DNA of 64,000 nt, taken from the NCBI RefSeq assembly GCF_006345805.1, contig NC_043004.1:36518001-36582000 (forward strand). The letters run 5' to 3'. This document shows positions 41,666-54,782 of this stretch, one piece after another. Source of the stretch: Octopus sinensis (taxonomy: Eukaryota). The translations under genes were made by a program, and so were the position numbers. The first letter of the stretch is position 1. Each line of letters begins with the position of its first letter. A model generated the notes under the pieces. The model had not been told where the DNA came from. It saw only the letters and a program-made list of their open reading frames with translations, and ran no database searches.

Positions 41666-43585
41666 TATATCCGTATATATGTGTGTTTACACGTGTGTAT
41701 ATGAAAATTGCTGTGTATAATACGATTGGGGAAAGAAAGTTAAGAGTAGTAGCACATGTTTAAGTTAATAATGGGACACGGACAGTCAGCCATACAGTAA
41801 GATCACGATACACAGGGGTACAATATATGTCTGTATGTGTCGATATGTGTGTATGTGAATGTGCAAATATGTGTGTGTGTGTACTATAAGTATGCTTGAA
41901 AGTGAAAGAGAGAACGTGAAGGAGAGGAAGAACTAAAATAGCTACTATATAAAGTAATAGTTATATAGAAATAAATGCAGAGATAAGTAGTATGATGGAG
42001 ACAAATATATTGATTTTTACACGCATAAATGTTAAGACTATATTCTTGTGTGTACAGACCTTTCCAAAGATGGTTTCTCTATGACTTCAACAATCACTAA
42101 CATCAAATAAACCTTTCCAAATTGTTTCTTTCCTATCAGAAAGTCTTTTTTAGTTTACCAATACACTAGACTGCCAGTACTTCACGGTTTAATTAATTCC
42201 TATCCCGTCGTTAAACGCCATGCCGTATATTATATATGTGCGTGTGTGTGTCAAACAACAAAAATGGCTACATATGTAACAGTTGATATATAAAACTTAC
42301 ATTACCATACAAAATGCCCCATAGCAAAGGCATTTTTAACAGCAGCTATTTAAAGTATTTAGTTCTTTTAATCTTTATAGATTTCAAGGCCCTTGAGAAG
42401 CTTTTATTTTATGTAAGTACAGTTACAGATCTCGGCTTTTATTGAATTTCGCAGACAATCTTTACTCCAACAGGGCTTTTGTGATCTTCTTTACCCTCTT
42501 CTTCTTAGCGTCGCCTCTAAACTTTCTTTTCTTTTTTACTCTTCTCTGCATTGGCACTGAACCGCAGAAGTAGGAAGGAAAACATTTTCAGAATTGCAAA
42601 ACAAAATATTTCCATTGTATTCTTTAGTTTGTTTCGGCCATTATGGTCCAGATCATACTGGAGCAGCACGTTCTTGTGCCTCTCCCAGAAAGACAGAGTG
42701 AGAGTGACGTTTGGATGTAGAAATGGTTAAAACAGGACTCAATACATGGTGAGGTTTTATATAATCGTCTGAAGCCGTTGGGTTATTACCTCTGACTTGT
42801 CAGTTGTTTCAAATGTATTTGGAACAATTCCGGAGAGCCACACAAGGTCTGTGTTTGATGGAATTGACGAATCAGGAGTTTCTATTTCGTTACTGACGTT
42901 ACATCGCGTCAGTGATTAACTCTTACGGCCACCGAGCTAAAAGTAGGCAGTGTAGTTCATTGTTGGCAACAGTAACAGCACTGTAACATCGATGGTTGGT
43001 TCATAAGTTCACAGACTTAAGAGAAGAGCTCCACCAGACTTATTTGTACTAGTAGCATATGTAGGCACCAATCTGAAGTTCATTATTGAATGACTTCATT
43101 GCAGGAGACAGCCGGCTGAGTAGTTTCAAAGTTGAAGACAGTGAAGAGTTCAACGTCTTGTGCTAAAATAGCAGCATACATTGATTGATATGGATTGTAT
43201 TATTCAACCAATAACATTTTATTCATCCTACAGCTTCAATTGGATCGCTACAGATAAACAGTGTGAAACGACGACACAGCGATAGCATTTTATTTCATGT
43301 AGAATATAGTAAAAATTGATAATCTTTAAAAATTGTACACGCAAGCACACACACACACACATATGTGTGTGTATGTGTGTGTTCATGTATGTGTATGTGT
43401 GTATGATAATTTAAAGAATATCAGTTCTTACTATAATTATTCTACGTGAACAGAGACATTGTTTTCGGCTTCATTTTATTGCTGATTTCTCTTGTCGATA
43501 AAAATATTCAGTCGATCATCCAACTCGGCAGTTCTGTTTACGATTCTAAAATGATGCCGGAAATCAAAACAATTGAAGATATGTA

Positions 43586-43990
43586 GGCGCAGGTGAGGTT
43601 GTGTAATAGGAAGCTTGCTTTCTGACCATATGGTTCCAGGTTCAGTCCCGCTTCGTGTCACCTTAGGCAAGTGTTTTCTACTGTAGCCTCGGAACAGCCA
43701 AAACCTTGTAAGTGGATTTAGTAGATTGAAACTGAAAGAAACCCGCTGTATATGTGTGCACGTGTGTGTGTGTGTATGTGTGTGTGTTTGTGTGTTTGTC
43801 CACTACCAGTTGACAACCTGTGTTGGTTTGTTTACATCCTCGTTACTTAGTGGTTCAGAAAAAAGAGAACGATAGAATGAGCAAGAGAGTTTTAAAAAAG
43901 GTAAGTTTGGAATCGATTCATTCGACTTAAAATTTTTCTGGGCGATGCCCTAGCCTGGCCACAATCTGGTGGCTGAAAGAGATAAAACAG
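43586..43990 (+). mobile_element. SINE family A, old diverged copy
   Basis: Colinear with the family A consensus. Confidence 0.8.
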
Positions 43991-44297
43991 CAACGAAAGA
44001 GTAGGTATCGTATATGATTGAACCAGTAATAATAAGTTCATTGCCACAAAATCTTATGCTTTCGTTATGAGCTCACAATCCACAACGAAGTGAAATGTCC
44101 CACTCCAATCTGAGTACGTTCGTAGCCTGGAAATAGCTGAATTTGTGTGTATACCTTTCACCAAGCATATCTACAGGTTCTCATAATCTTCTGTGATTAT
44201 GACATTTTAAATCAAGAAACCCAACAATATTCTTAACAATGTAGAAATCCTTATTCCTAATAGACTGGGCTACTAAGAAATATGGTCACCGAGTATC

Positions 44298-44340
44298 CCT
44301 TACCTACAAACACAAGAAAGAGAAAGGGAAAAATCAGAGA
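44298..44340 (-). promoter_or_regulatory. Candidate recursive splice site (polypyrimidine-TAG|GTAAGG) in the PTP intron
   Basis: Sense strand of the PTP gene: tctctgatttttccctttctctttcttgtgtttgtag|GTAAGG, junction 44304/44303. Confidence 0.4.
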
Positions 44341-44511
44341 GTGCTAGAGATAAAAAAAAACTTTCTTTCTCAAAGTCTCTCACCATGAATAGTTTGAGTT
44401 TTACATGTGCGAATTTGATTGGGAAACTTAACCAAGAATTACTCGGAAACTTTAAAAGATGTCAGGAGAAATATCTTTCGACCATTTCTGATGAAAAGAT
44501 GAGAAAATATT

Positions 44512-44730
44512 TACTTCTTTATTGACTACAGGGGGCTAAACATAGAGGGAACAAACAAGGACAAAGGGATTAAGTCGATTACATCGACCCCGGTACGTAA
44601 CTGGTACTTATTTAATCGACCCCGAAAGGATGAAAGGCAAAGTCGACCTCGGCGGAATTCGAACTCAGAACGTAACGGCAGACGAAATACCGATAAGCAT
44701 TTCGACCGGCGTGCTAACGTTTCTGCCAGC
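44512..44730 (-). mobile_element. SINE family B monomer
   Basis: Reverse complement of the family B consensus. Confidence 0.88.
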
Positions 44731-45548
44731 CTTCACGTGGTGGCTAACATTTCGACAAACAATGGATTAGGGTTGCTAAATATACAGAAAATATCTCAAC
44801 AAAGGCTTGGAGTCATGGATGTATAGAGAGACGACACAGAAGTCGAGACATTCAACAACGATGCGGGAGAATGAGTTTGTAGTTGAAATAGATATAAAAG
44901 TAAATTGAGATAAGTGCGATAATGAAAAGAGCAAGCAGCCGACTGCAAACAGGCGGACAGCGACGAGGAGAAAGAGGAGAAACAACCAGCAGGTGACATA
45001 TAAAAAGAATGCTTAGGTGTGTGTGAGTGTATATGTTAGAGTGTGTGTCTCTGCGTGTGAGAGTGTGTTTGTATGTGTCTGTGCGCGCATGAGAGAGCGT
45101 AGGCAAGTGTGTATGCGTGACATAGTGACAAAGCTCCGGGGAGAAACAAAGAAAACGGAGAACAAATAGATAACCACGGCGATGCGTGTTTAGACAAACT
45201 GACAGGGAGCTGATAGAAAGTAAGAAATTTACGGTGAATCCTAGTGACAGCAGTGCTACAAATAAACTGCTGTAGATATAGAGAGAGCCGACAATGGCAT
45301 TTCTACATGTCCCCATGACCTGCTAAAAATAGCAGTGATATATTACCCGAAACCACAATTTGCTACCTTAGAAAGCAAGCATTGAAGATTACAAACCAAA
45401 CTGTATCTGCTTGGTCAGCTTGATCAAATGCGAACTGAAGGTAAAGAGAGGAAGCCTAACCCTGAAATATCGAAATGCCAGGTAAAGGTAGAAACCATTA
45501 ACCTGTATTATTAATTTTTATGGCTTGGATTGCTTTGGGTTTCAAAAA

Positions 45549-45583
<35 letters not shown>

Positions 45584-45800
45584 ATACATTCACACACAGG
45601 TGAAAATCCGTCAAAGCGAATACCAAAAGAATGGTTTTTCATTATAGTGAAATTTGTTTCATTCCCAGAATTCTTTTAAAACTTCACTAAAAGTATCTCG
45701 AATGTTATTCGTTACGAATAATATTTCAGTACACCCAATACTGGTCCCGTTTTCGGTTGCAGGATGCACGTTACTATGCCCACTTTTATGTGTATATACA

Positions 45801-47071
45801 CCAAGTCATTAAGAATGAAATGTCCGATTTTGAATGTAAAGTTTATTTAATTCAACGCAAAGCAATGCAGTTAATCAAAGTGTGCACCTAAATTATCAAC
45901 ATAATATTGTCATTTTATCGGTAGCTTATTTATGTCAGCAGCGAAGAACTCTGGAGAGCAAGAAGTGATGAAATCTCAAAAGGTTGTTTTTGCATCTTCT
46001 TCAGATTTGAAGTTTTTTTCATTGCAAAACGTTGTCGAATGCCTGGAAAATGTGATAGTCAGTTTGTGCAAGGTCTGGTGAATATGGTGGGTGACAGAGT
46101 ACTTCTAAGTTCAATTCCTCTAAATTGAGTAGCGTTCTTTGTGCAACATGTGGTCGAGCATTCTCTTGCAAGAGCACTGGCCTGTCTCTTTTGACCAATC
46201 TCGGTTGTTTAATTGCAAGTTCACTCGTGATTTCATCCAAATGTTTGATGTATACATCCGCTGTAATTGACTTACCCGGTCATGAAACTACAGTGGATGA
46301 CACCAGCGCTGGACCATCAAACAGACACCATTAGCTTTTTTGGATGAAGATTCTTTCTTCGGTCGTGGTTTTGGAACTTCGTCTCTATCCAACCATCGTG
46401 TAGAACGCTTGCTATTGTTGAAAAGAATTCATTTTTCATCACACGTAACAATACGATGCAATAACAGTTAGCTTTTATGCCATGGCAGTAAAGAAAAGCA
46501 ATTTTCAAGACGACATGCCATTTGATGCTCGTTCAGTTCCTGTGGTACCCACTTTTCCAGCTTGATGATTTGTTTCGGATGGCCCAATACAGTTGGAATC
46601 GAAACAACATCAAACCTTGCTGCTAACTCACGCGTAGTTTGAGACGGATCCGCTTCCACTACAGTTTCCAGCTCATTATTATCCATCTTGGTGTCTGGTC
46701 TATCACGGGACTGATTTTCAGGAGTAAAGTCACCAGACCGGAACTTCTCAAACCATTGACATACAGTGCGCTCATTCGCCACATCTTCACCAAACACCTC
46801 ATTCATGTTTCGAGCTGTTTGGGATGCATTGGTTCCTCGACGGAACTCATATTCATAAACAGGGATTTTTGGTCTATTCACGAGTTCAAAAAAATTGATT
46901 TACAAGAGAAAACTCACAATATAATCAAACACCATGAAATGCATTTCAAAAACTGATGATGTAAGTCTTCAATGTTGTAAAACAAACGAATTGTCAGGAT
47001 AAAACATTAGAGTTAACGACTTTCAAACTTGGTGCATAAGAATATCGAACATTTCATTGTTCATGACCTCA
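45801..47071 (-). mobile_element. Near full-length (~1.27 kb) defective mariner, SETMAR/Hsmar1-like (cecropia-type)
   Basis: Transposase split over ORFs 46468..46881 (YEFRRGTNA..WFEKFRSGDF..WVPQEL) and 46019..46240 (LLQENARPH..HPPYSPDLAQTDYHIF). Imperfect TIRs gtcattaagaatgaaatgtccgat / atcgaacatttcattgttcatgac. Frameshifted. Confidence 0.92.
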
Positions 47072-47197
47072 TATATATATAATTTGGACTTAATATTTAC
47101 TATTTAATATATAATGTTATGACATTATAAGAATATAATATAATATAGTATTATGTTAATAAATGTTAACTTTTGAACTGGCAATTGTTATATATAT

Positions 47198-47434
47198 TCT
47201 TGTATTCTTCTATTTGTTTCAGTCATTTGACTGCGGCCATGCTGGAATACCACCTTTAGTCAAACAAATCGACCCCAGGATTTATTCTTTGTCAGCCTAC
47301 TACTTATTTTATCGGTCTCTATTGCCGAACTGCAAAGTTATGGGGGCGTAAACACACCAGCATCGGTTGTCAAGCGATGATGGAGGAGGGACAAACACAT
47401 ACACACAAACATATGCGCACATGCACACACACAC

Positions 47435-47478
<44 letters not shown>

Positions 47479-47635
47479 CAAGCTTTTAGTTTCCCTCTAC
47501 CAAGTCCACTCACAAGGATTTGGTCGACCTGAGGCTATAGTAGAAGACACTTGCCCAAGATACCACACTGTGGGACTGAACCAGGAACTATGTGGTTGGT
47601 TAGCAATCTATTTACAACACAGACGCTCCTACGCC
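47198..47635 (-). mobile_element. SINE family A
   Basis: Reverse complement of family A, including the internal microsatellite. Confidence 0.88.
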
Positions 47636-47652
47636 TATAACTCCATTTCCTA

Positions 47653-47758
<106 letters not shown>

Positions 47759-47980
47759 GGTATGTATGTATGCATGAATGTATATAATAGTTTACTCTTA
47801 CATATTATATTTCACTCTTCCCCACATCCGCACAACAGTTTTTCTGCCGTGAAACCAGCATTTTCTACACTGGCAGAATTTCGATCTTAGTCTGGAATCC
47901 GACAATGTAGACAGCCCAGAACTTGGGTTGAATGCTTCTCTAGAAATACCCTACATTTATATCTTACCAGCGCCTAAAAT

Positions 47981-48032
<52 letters not shown>

Positions 48033-48719
48033 GATTGAAGACAGAGAGAGAAAGAGTCAATGAAAGCCAGAAAGTCAAACAGAGAGAGAGAGCGCAATTA
48101 CCAACAGATTGCTCTGCTCAGTTGGTGGTAGTTGTGTATAATAAATGTAAAGACAGTAAATTTATTGATGGGCAACGTTACAGATATAAATGTTCTGACA
48201 ATTGTGCAGTAAAAATTTATAAAAGACAATAAATCTGTAGAAAGCCATTGTTGAAAATCTGTCTCTTGTGTTTTAAAGAAGATATATCAGCCGGAGGGTG
48301 GGGAGGCAAAAATAAACTGAATAAAATCGAAGTCATTTGTGGAGAGAAAGAAATTTTGAGGTCAGTAAGTAGACAGGGAAAGAGTAATGGGAATTGCACA
48401 TAAATCTATCAGTGATGTTTAGTAATGATCATATATTTGGTATTTGGCACAAAGAAAATATTTCGGAGAACAAAAGTAAAGTAAATTAAAATAAATGTTC
48501 CAAAGAATTTAATATGAGCTAAAACAAATAAAAAGAAATTTATTAATTGTTAATTAAAACTTATGGAAGTATTGAGGAACTTTAAAAAGAACAGAGAAAG
48601 TTGAGTAATTGGAGTGGTCTACTGCATTAAAGGGAGGCGAGTTTGACGCATGGAACGATAAGACTATGTTCAAGTCGTACATCGTTGTAGACTTGCAATG
48701 TATTCAATGCTGTTACTAA

Positions 48720-49252
48720 GTTTTATTTATCGATTCAAAAATAAAGCCGCAATAGGGACTGTCGACCTTCCGATCGAATGAAAACATGAAAATTCATGAA
48801 CTGATCTTGGAGAAACGTCGCCAAAAAATTCACGAGGTTGCTGATATGAATGGAGTTGGTATGATTGGAACACTTGCCAACAAATGTTGAGCAAGGAATT
48901 GCGAATGAAAAGATTTACAGCGAAATTTGTACCTCGCTCACTCACAGATGAAAAGCAGTCACGCCTGAATGCCTGTTGTGAACTGAAAGAACAGTCAGAT
49001 GTTCATTTGGACCTTTTTTCGCACTGGTGACGAAAGGTGGTGCTACGGAATTTGCCGATGTTGAAGGGATGAGGAAAAAAACGACGTATCACTTCGCAAG
49101 ACCTGCAGCACTGCTTCGAGCAGTGGAAAACGCTGGATCGAAGCATTACTTTCAATGGAGAATATTTTGAAGGCGATAAAAGTGTAAAAGTGTAAAACTA
49201 GGTGAATCAAATAAAACTGCAAAATTCCAAATTCTTTTGCGTAACCCCTCGA
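48720..49252 (+). mobile_element. Internally deleted mariner relic (second subfamily)
   Basis: KIHELILEKRRQKIHEVADM..MKRFTAKFVPRSLTDE..TGDERWCYG, then DLQHCFEQWK..NGEYFEGDK. Right TIR aaattccaaattcttttgcgtaacccctcg. Confidence 0.8.
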
Positions 49253-49372
49253 TTATATATATGTGTGTATTGACAGAGCGGGAAAGATACATATCTATAT
49301 ATATGTACGCATATATACGGACATACATACATATGTGCGCACACACATACATATATACAAATATATATATAT

Positions 49373-49466
49373 AAATTAGAAAAAACACCTTTTATCAATT
49401 CAAAATGAACAATTAAATTACACCATCTAATTGTTCATTTTGAATTGATAAAAGGTGTTTTTTCTA

Positions 49467-49470
<4 letters not shown>
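49373..49470. repeat. Perfect 43-bp inverted repeat with a 12-nt spacer, flanked by (TA)n
   Basis: aaattagaaaaaacaccttttatcaattcaaaatgaacaatta-aattacaccatc-taattgttcattttgaattgataaaaggtgttttttctaattt. Confidence 0.95.
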
Positions 49471-49515
<45 letters not shown>

Positions 49516-51059
49516 TTTGTGAAATTTGATTTTTAAATTGAATTTTTCCCTGTAAGTTAGGAATAATATTCCCTCAAATAATTATTCTATATATATAATA
49601 TATACATATAAACATTTGCATATGTGTATACACACATACATACATATATATATATATATTATATATATATATAATATATATATATATACATGCAAGCAGA
49701 CATGTATACATACATATATTAGAATAATTTACAACGAATACTCTTCACTGCATGGCATTGTGTTTATGATTTACATTAGTTAAGTGACAGCATGGAGTTC
49801 AAAAGAAGTTGATGTAGAAAAGGAAATTTATAATCACTCATCTTGGCGGAACAAGACATATAATAAATGGAGAGATTGCTGCTAGATGCCGAGAAACAAA
49901 CAAACAAACAAACAACAAATAAATAAATTGCTATATTTACGCAACAGAAATTTGGATTTTTACTAACTCTATTTGTCTAAGTTTGAGTGGTTGTTTATAT
50001 ATATCTGTATTTTTTTCCCGAGCAAGGAGAGAGAAATCGTTTAAAAGAAAGGAAGGCTGATATAGCAAAAGGAAGATAGAGGGAAAGATGGAAAGAAAAA
50101 ATATTTTGATCGTCATCGATCGTATTGAAACTAACCGGTTGCCTCCAGATACTTAATTGAAAATACAATTTAATTTCGTTGATAAACCAACATTGTGATC
50201 AATATTATTGACTTTACTGCGTTACTAAATGATTTGTTATTTTCTCTGCTTAATAAGCAAATACTTATGACTGTTCAATCTTTGTCCATCGGCACACAAC
50301 TTCTATGCTTTCATTATCATTGTTAATTACCATCTATTATGACCAACCCGCCATTACCTGAGCCAATTTATTTCTGTTCATTTTTATTTCACTTGACTGC
50401 ACAACCACCATCGCTACTAACGCCGATTTCATATCCTAAGGATAACTCTTTTGCTTTTCTATCTGTTTTCTTAGCAGTTTGGTAGTGTTTAGTCTTTATT
50501 TAATAGAGAAACCGTTCTTTCCAGTTGGATGTAAAAAGTAACATGCAATATAACAATGTAGATATTCGATGTATCCGAAGTCGCTAGTTCACCGAAGTAG
50601 AAGACAAAACCTGAATGGCGAATGTTTCATGTAATTAATCATTGGAGATTACAGCAGTGCTGCTACTGCTGCTGCTACTAAATGTCACTACACTCCCCTT
50701 TTTCACTTGCGTATTTAGTGCAATTCAGATGCTATGAAGCAAATTTCACGTTATGAAAACATTTTCCATTAAGGAATTAATTTAAACAAACGACACCAAA
50801 GTATTAATTTTAGAGGATATCTTTTGGAAAAGTTGTCCTCTAAAAAAAAAAAAAAAAAAAAACAGCTGAATTCTAGCATTGAGTTGATAATTCAGTCTAT
50901 ACATATGGGTGGAATAAAAACGAATATGTTTCTTATGAGCCATTCCGCAAGGAACCACTCGTGAAATATTGGTATCTTTCTAAGAACAATTAAATTAACA
51001 TCCTGAACTTTCTCTATTCGAATTTTTTGTTGAATGCAAAAATTATATGTATTTGTATG

Positions 51060-51355
51060 TGTGAGCGCTTGTGTGTGTCTGTCTGTTTGTGTTTGTGTGA
51101 GTGTGTCTGTCTGTCTGTTAGTGTTTATGTGTGTGTGTCTGTCGATGTTTGTGTGTGTGTGTCTGTCGATGTTTGTGTGTCAGTGCCTGTCTGTCGGTGT
51201 TTGTGGGTGTGTCTGTCTGTCGATGTTTGTGTGTCTGTCTGTCTGTCAGTGTTTGTGTGTGTGTCTGTCGATGTTTGTGTGTGTGCCTGTCTGTCGGTGT
51301 TTGTGTGTGTGCCTGTCTGTCGGTGTTTGTGTGTGTGTCTGTCTGTGTGTGTGTG
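51060..51355. repeat. 22-26-bp minisatellite built from GT/GTCT (gtgtctgtcg(a/g)tgtttgtgtgt)
   Basis: About 9 imperfect units visible; gives the spurious Cys/Val ORFs. Confidence 0.85.
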
Positions 51356-52487
51356 CAGTAAGAGGGAAAAAGGGAGAGATGGAGAGAAAGAGCATAGCTT
51401 CCCTCAATGGATTGGTCAGTTCGAGACTACCATAGAGGCATTGATCTTAAGTGCCACAACAATGAGTCCGGCTCCAATTGGTCACTACCTAAGCTACTTG
51501 TTAATAGTTATTTATGGAGAAAAGGCGGAGAGAGTAGTTGTGAAGGTAAGCAAGTTTTGGAATAAACGCTTGGAAGAGATGTAAATTGTAAATTCGTAAT
51601 GAGTAAGAAGAGATGCAGAGAAATATGTGAATTAGGGTGAACCACATTTTGATAATTTGAAGGAGAGGAAACGATGTAATAACAACCATTGCAATCAACT
51701 ATGGTTTACAGATTTAAACAAACATACACATACACATACACGCACATGTGCTAATGTATGGGGAAATAAACACACACACACACATACATATTGACGATTA
51801 TAATAATATACAATTCTTTTGCTTAGACAGATTTGTTTATTCTAGTGAAAGTGTAGGCCTTTATTGAGATACTTAGCGCCCACTTGTCTTCGAGCGTTTC
51901 AGTTTTTTCTCTCTCCCCACCTCTCTCTATCTCTCTGTTAATAAAATGATAATTTAATTTTGCATGTCTTCATAACCAGGGACGACGACAACGTTTCCTA
52001 AATTCAGCACGAAGATAGATTTAGACTATGAACTTCCAGTTCATACCGGGCACACACTGTGTGCGTGTGTGCGTGCGTATGTTTGTGAATTAAGAACGAC
52101 TCTAGAATGTTCTCATTCACTCACCTAATTTAGACGGCTGCTATACTAAATATATATATCGAAAATTGTATTCTGAGATTCGTCGATCGGTTTAATATGC
52201 TAAAGTTTTCTTAGAATTGATTATCCCTTGTGGATTAACTTGTACAACATACTAGGAGTAAGCTGGCCTTATTGACACAATGAAACTAAATACAACCGAA
52301 ACCTGCCTTGAATTTTAATTAGTTAAAGAGAATACTCGAGGGGGAGGATTGAAGAGACAGAGGTAACTCGTAAATAACTCAATCCCTGCATGGGAAATAC
52401 TCAATGAAGGAAACGATGTAGCTATGAATTCCACGAGCATTTGACGGGAATGTATCGGAACATATCACGTGTTGTTGAAATCGCGAA

Positions 52488-52540
<53 letters not shown>

Positions 52541-52705
52541 ATTGTTAGTCACTGAAAAGTATGATAAATTAGAAAAATCTATTAAATTTGGAAGAAATAT
52601 GAGACTATAGTTTCACGAAGCAAAGAAGAAAAGAAGAAACAGAATTTCAAAGAAACTAATTAGCAAAAAGAAACATTTTAATGGATTTTGCATTCTCTAT
52701 TAGAG

Positions 52706-52808
52706 CTGTGGGTTGCTTTTAGACTTTTTCACAACCTAATTATCTGCACAAAAACAACAACAACAACAACAACAACAACAGCAATAATGATTATTATTAT
52801 TATTATTA

Positions 52809-52844
<36 letters not shown>

Positions 52845-52905
52845 CATCATTATTATCATTATTATTATTATTATTATTATTGTTATTATTATTATTATTA
52901 TTATA
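52706..52905. repeat. (ACA)n/(ATT)n trinucleotide tract
   Basis: aaaacaacaacaac... followed by a long (ATT)n; source of the poly-Thr/Ile/Leu ORF 52688..52906. Confidence 0.85.
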
Positions 52906-53549
52906 AAACTAATGTAATAATAAAAACAGCAATAATAATAATAATAAATTAGAAGACATAATTACAATAGAGGGAAAATAGCATCAGTGCCAAGACTAAC
53001 AAAACAGTTATGATGTTAACGATAATGACGTTATGCTCGGCGTTGGATTTAGAGGCAAATACTCCAAGTGATGGCAAGGTCATTCAATAAATTGCATGAT
53101 CTCAGCAAACTCATTCTCCATTCATATTTTCCGCTATTCACCCCCACCAACATATATATATGCATACACACACACACGCACGCAGGCAAATATATGCATA
53201 TTCGGCTATATAAGATTTATAAAGTATCCAGGCATATCACCTTAGACAGAAACACGCACAGAAACACGTTAAGTAATCCATTACAGTTTTGAATCAACGA
53301 TGAAGGCTCGACACTTTTGTTGTGTAATGCACAATTTCATTTGTTTATCAGTAATTGGATAAATACTAGAATCCTTGGTGTGGCGTGAACTTACACACGT
53401 CTATATTGAAAATGCCGGATGAGCCTCAAAATTACTTAATGTATGACGCAATCCCTACTCTGTTAAGCTTACATTAAATAAGGAGATTCTCAGCAAAGCA
53501 ACTGCCAGAAAATTTTAAACCCGTTCGTTTGTTTCCTCCTATTGCATAC

Positions 53550-53745
53550 ACATATTATATATATGTATATATATATATTATATATATATATATATAATAT
53601 ATATATAATATATATATAAATATATCTATATATGTATATATATATATATATATACATATTATATATATGTATATATATGTATATATATATATTATATATA
53701 TATATGTATATATTATATATACATATATATATATAATATATATAC

Positions 53746-53791
<46 letters not shown>

Positions 53792-54097
53792 CATATATAT
53801 ATACAATATATATATATATATTATACATATATATATACACATATATATATATACACATATATATATATACACTCATATATATATATATAATATATATATA
53901 TAATATATATATATACATATATACATATATATAATATACATATATATAATATATATACATATATATATATATATATATGCATATATATATATACATATAT
54001 ATATACATATATATATACATATATATATACATATATATATATATATACATATATATATAACATATATATATATATACACATATATATATATCTATAC

Positions 54098-54157
<60 letters not shown>

Positions 54158-54170
54158 TGTATATATATAT
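53550..54170. repeat. Long degenerate (TA)n/(TACA)n microsatellite
   Basis: Directly visible; source of the 280-aa pseudo-ORF. Confidence 0.95.
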
Positions 54171-54420
54171 ATTCCCAGCATGGCTGCAGTCTGATGATCG
54201 AAACAAGTTGAAGAAAAGATATAAATATACACACATATAAACACATACACATACATATGCATACATACATATAAAGAAATAAGAGAAAGAAAATAGAAAT
54301 GACAAGTTTCTATTCACGACGCCCGTTTCCACCCATCATGCTGTAATACCTTGTAGGTGAGGTGCTGTAATAATATTTATGGCGCATCACAGTTTTATAT
54401 ATGTCCCCTCAGGCCATCTA

Positions 54421-54782
54421 CAGGGTGATTGAAAAGTCTCTATACATACGAAAACTTTATTTTTCTATAAGAAACAGTTTATAAGATCCCCTTGGTCCCC
54501 TGATCTGACCCCTCTTGGTTTCTATCTTTTGGGGCATGGTGTATCGCGGAAACATAAATGACATATTCGTTTGAAAGAATGCATCACCAACCCATTTGGA
54601 CACGTATCACCAGATGTGCTATTACGAGTTTACAATGAGTGGGGTAAACGTATTGCAATGTGTATTTAAAACAATGGTAACCATATAGAGTCGGTTAAAT
54701 AAAATAAAAACTGTTTTTATAAGTTTTTTTCTTATCGAAAAGATAAATTGTTCCTATGTATGGCAACTTTTGAATCATCCTG
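54421..54782 (+). mobile_element. Tc1/mariner deletion derivative (362 bp) with TIRs and TA flanks
   Basis: TA|CAGGGTGATTGAAAAGTCTCTATACATA ... TATGTATGGCAACTTTTGAATCATCCTG|TA. Internal PWSPDLTPLGFYLLG..LKECIT..EWGKRIAMCI*NNGNHIE transposase C-terminus. Confidence 0.88.

Noticed and set aside
42420-42720. Lys-rich minus-strand stretch (YFCGSVPMQRRVKKKRK..; NGNILFCNS) suggestive of a post-SET or transposase zinc finger
   Set aside because: The motifs lie in different frames with stops, and no consistent domain can be supported.
44077-44126. Minus-strand 50-nt segment with tatttccag acceptor and gtgagc donor (LRTYSDWS, FN3-like word)
   Set aside because: It would shift the frame within the catalytic domain, and an FN3 segment cannot lie here. 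At most it is a cryptic exon linked to the nearby recursive-site candidate.
44776-45316. Overlapping minus-strand ORFs up to 154 aa
   Set aside because: Low-complexity GA/GT-rich sequence with no domain similarity.
51027-51584. 185-aa Cys/Val-rich ORF
   Set aside because: Translation of the GT-derived minisatellite.
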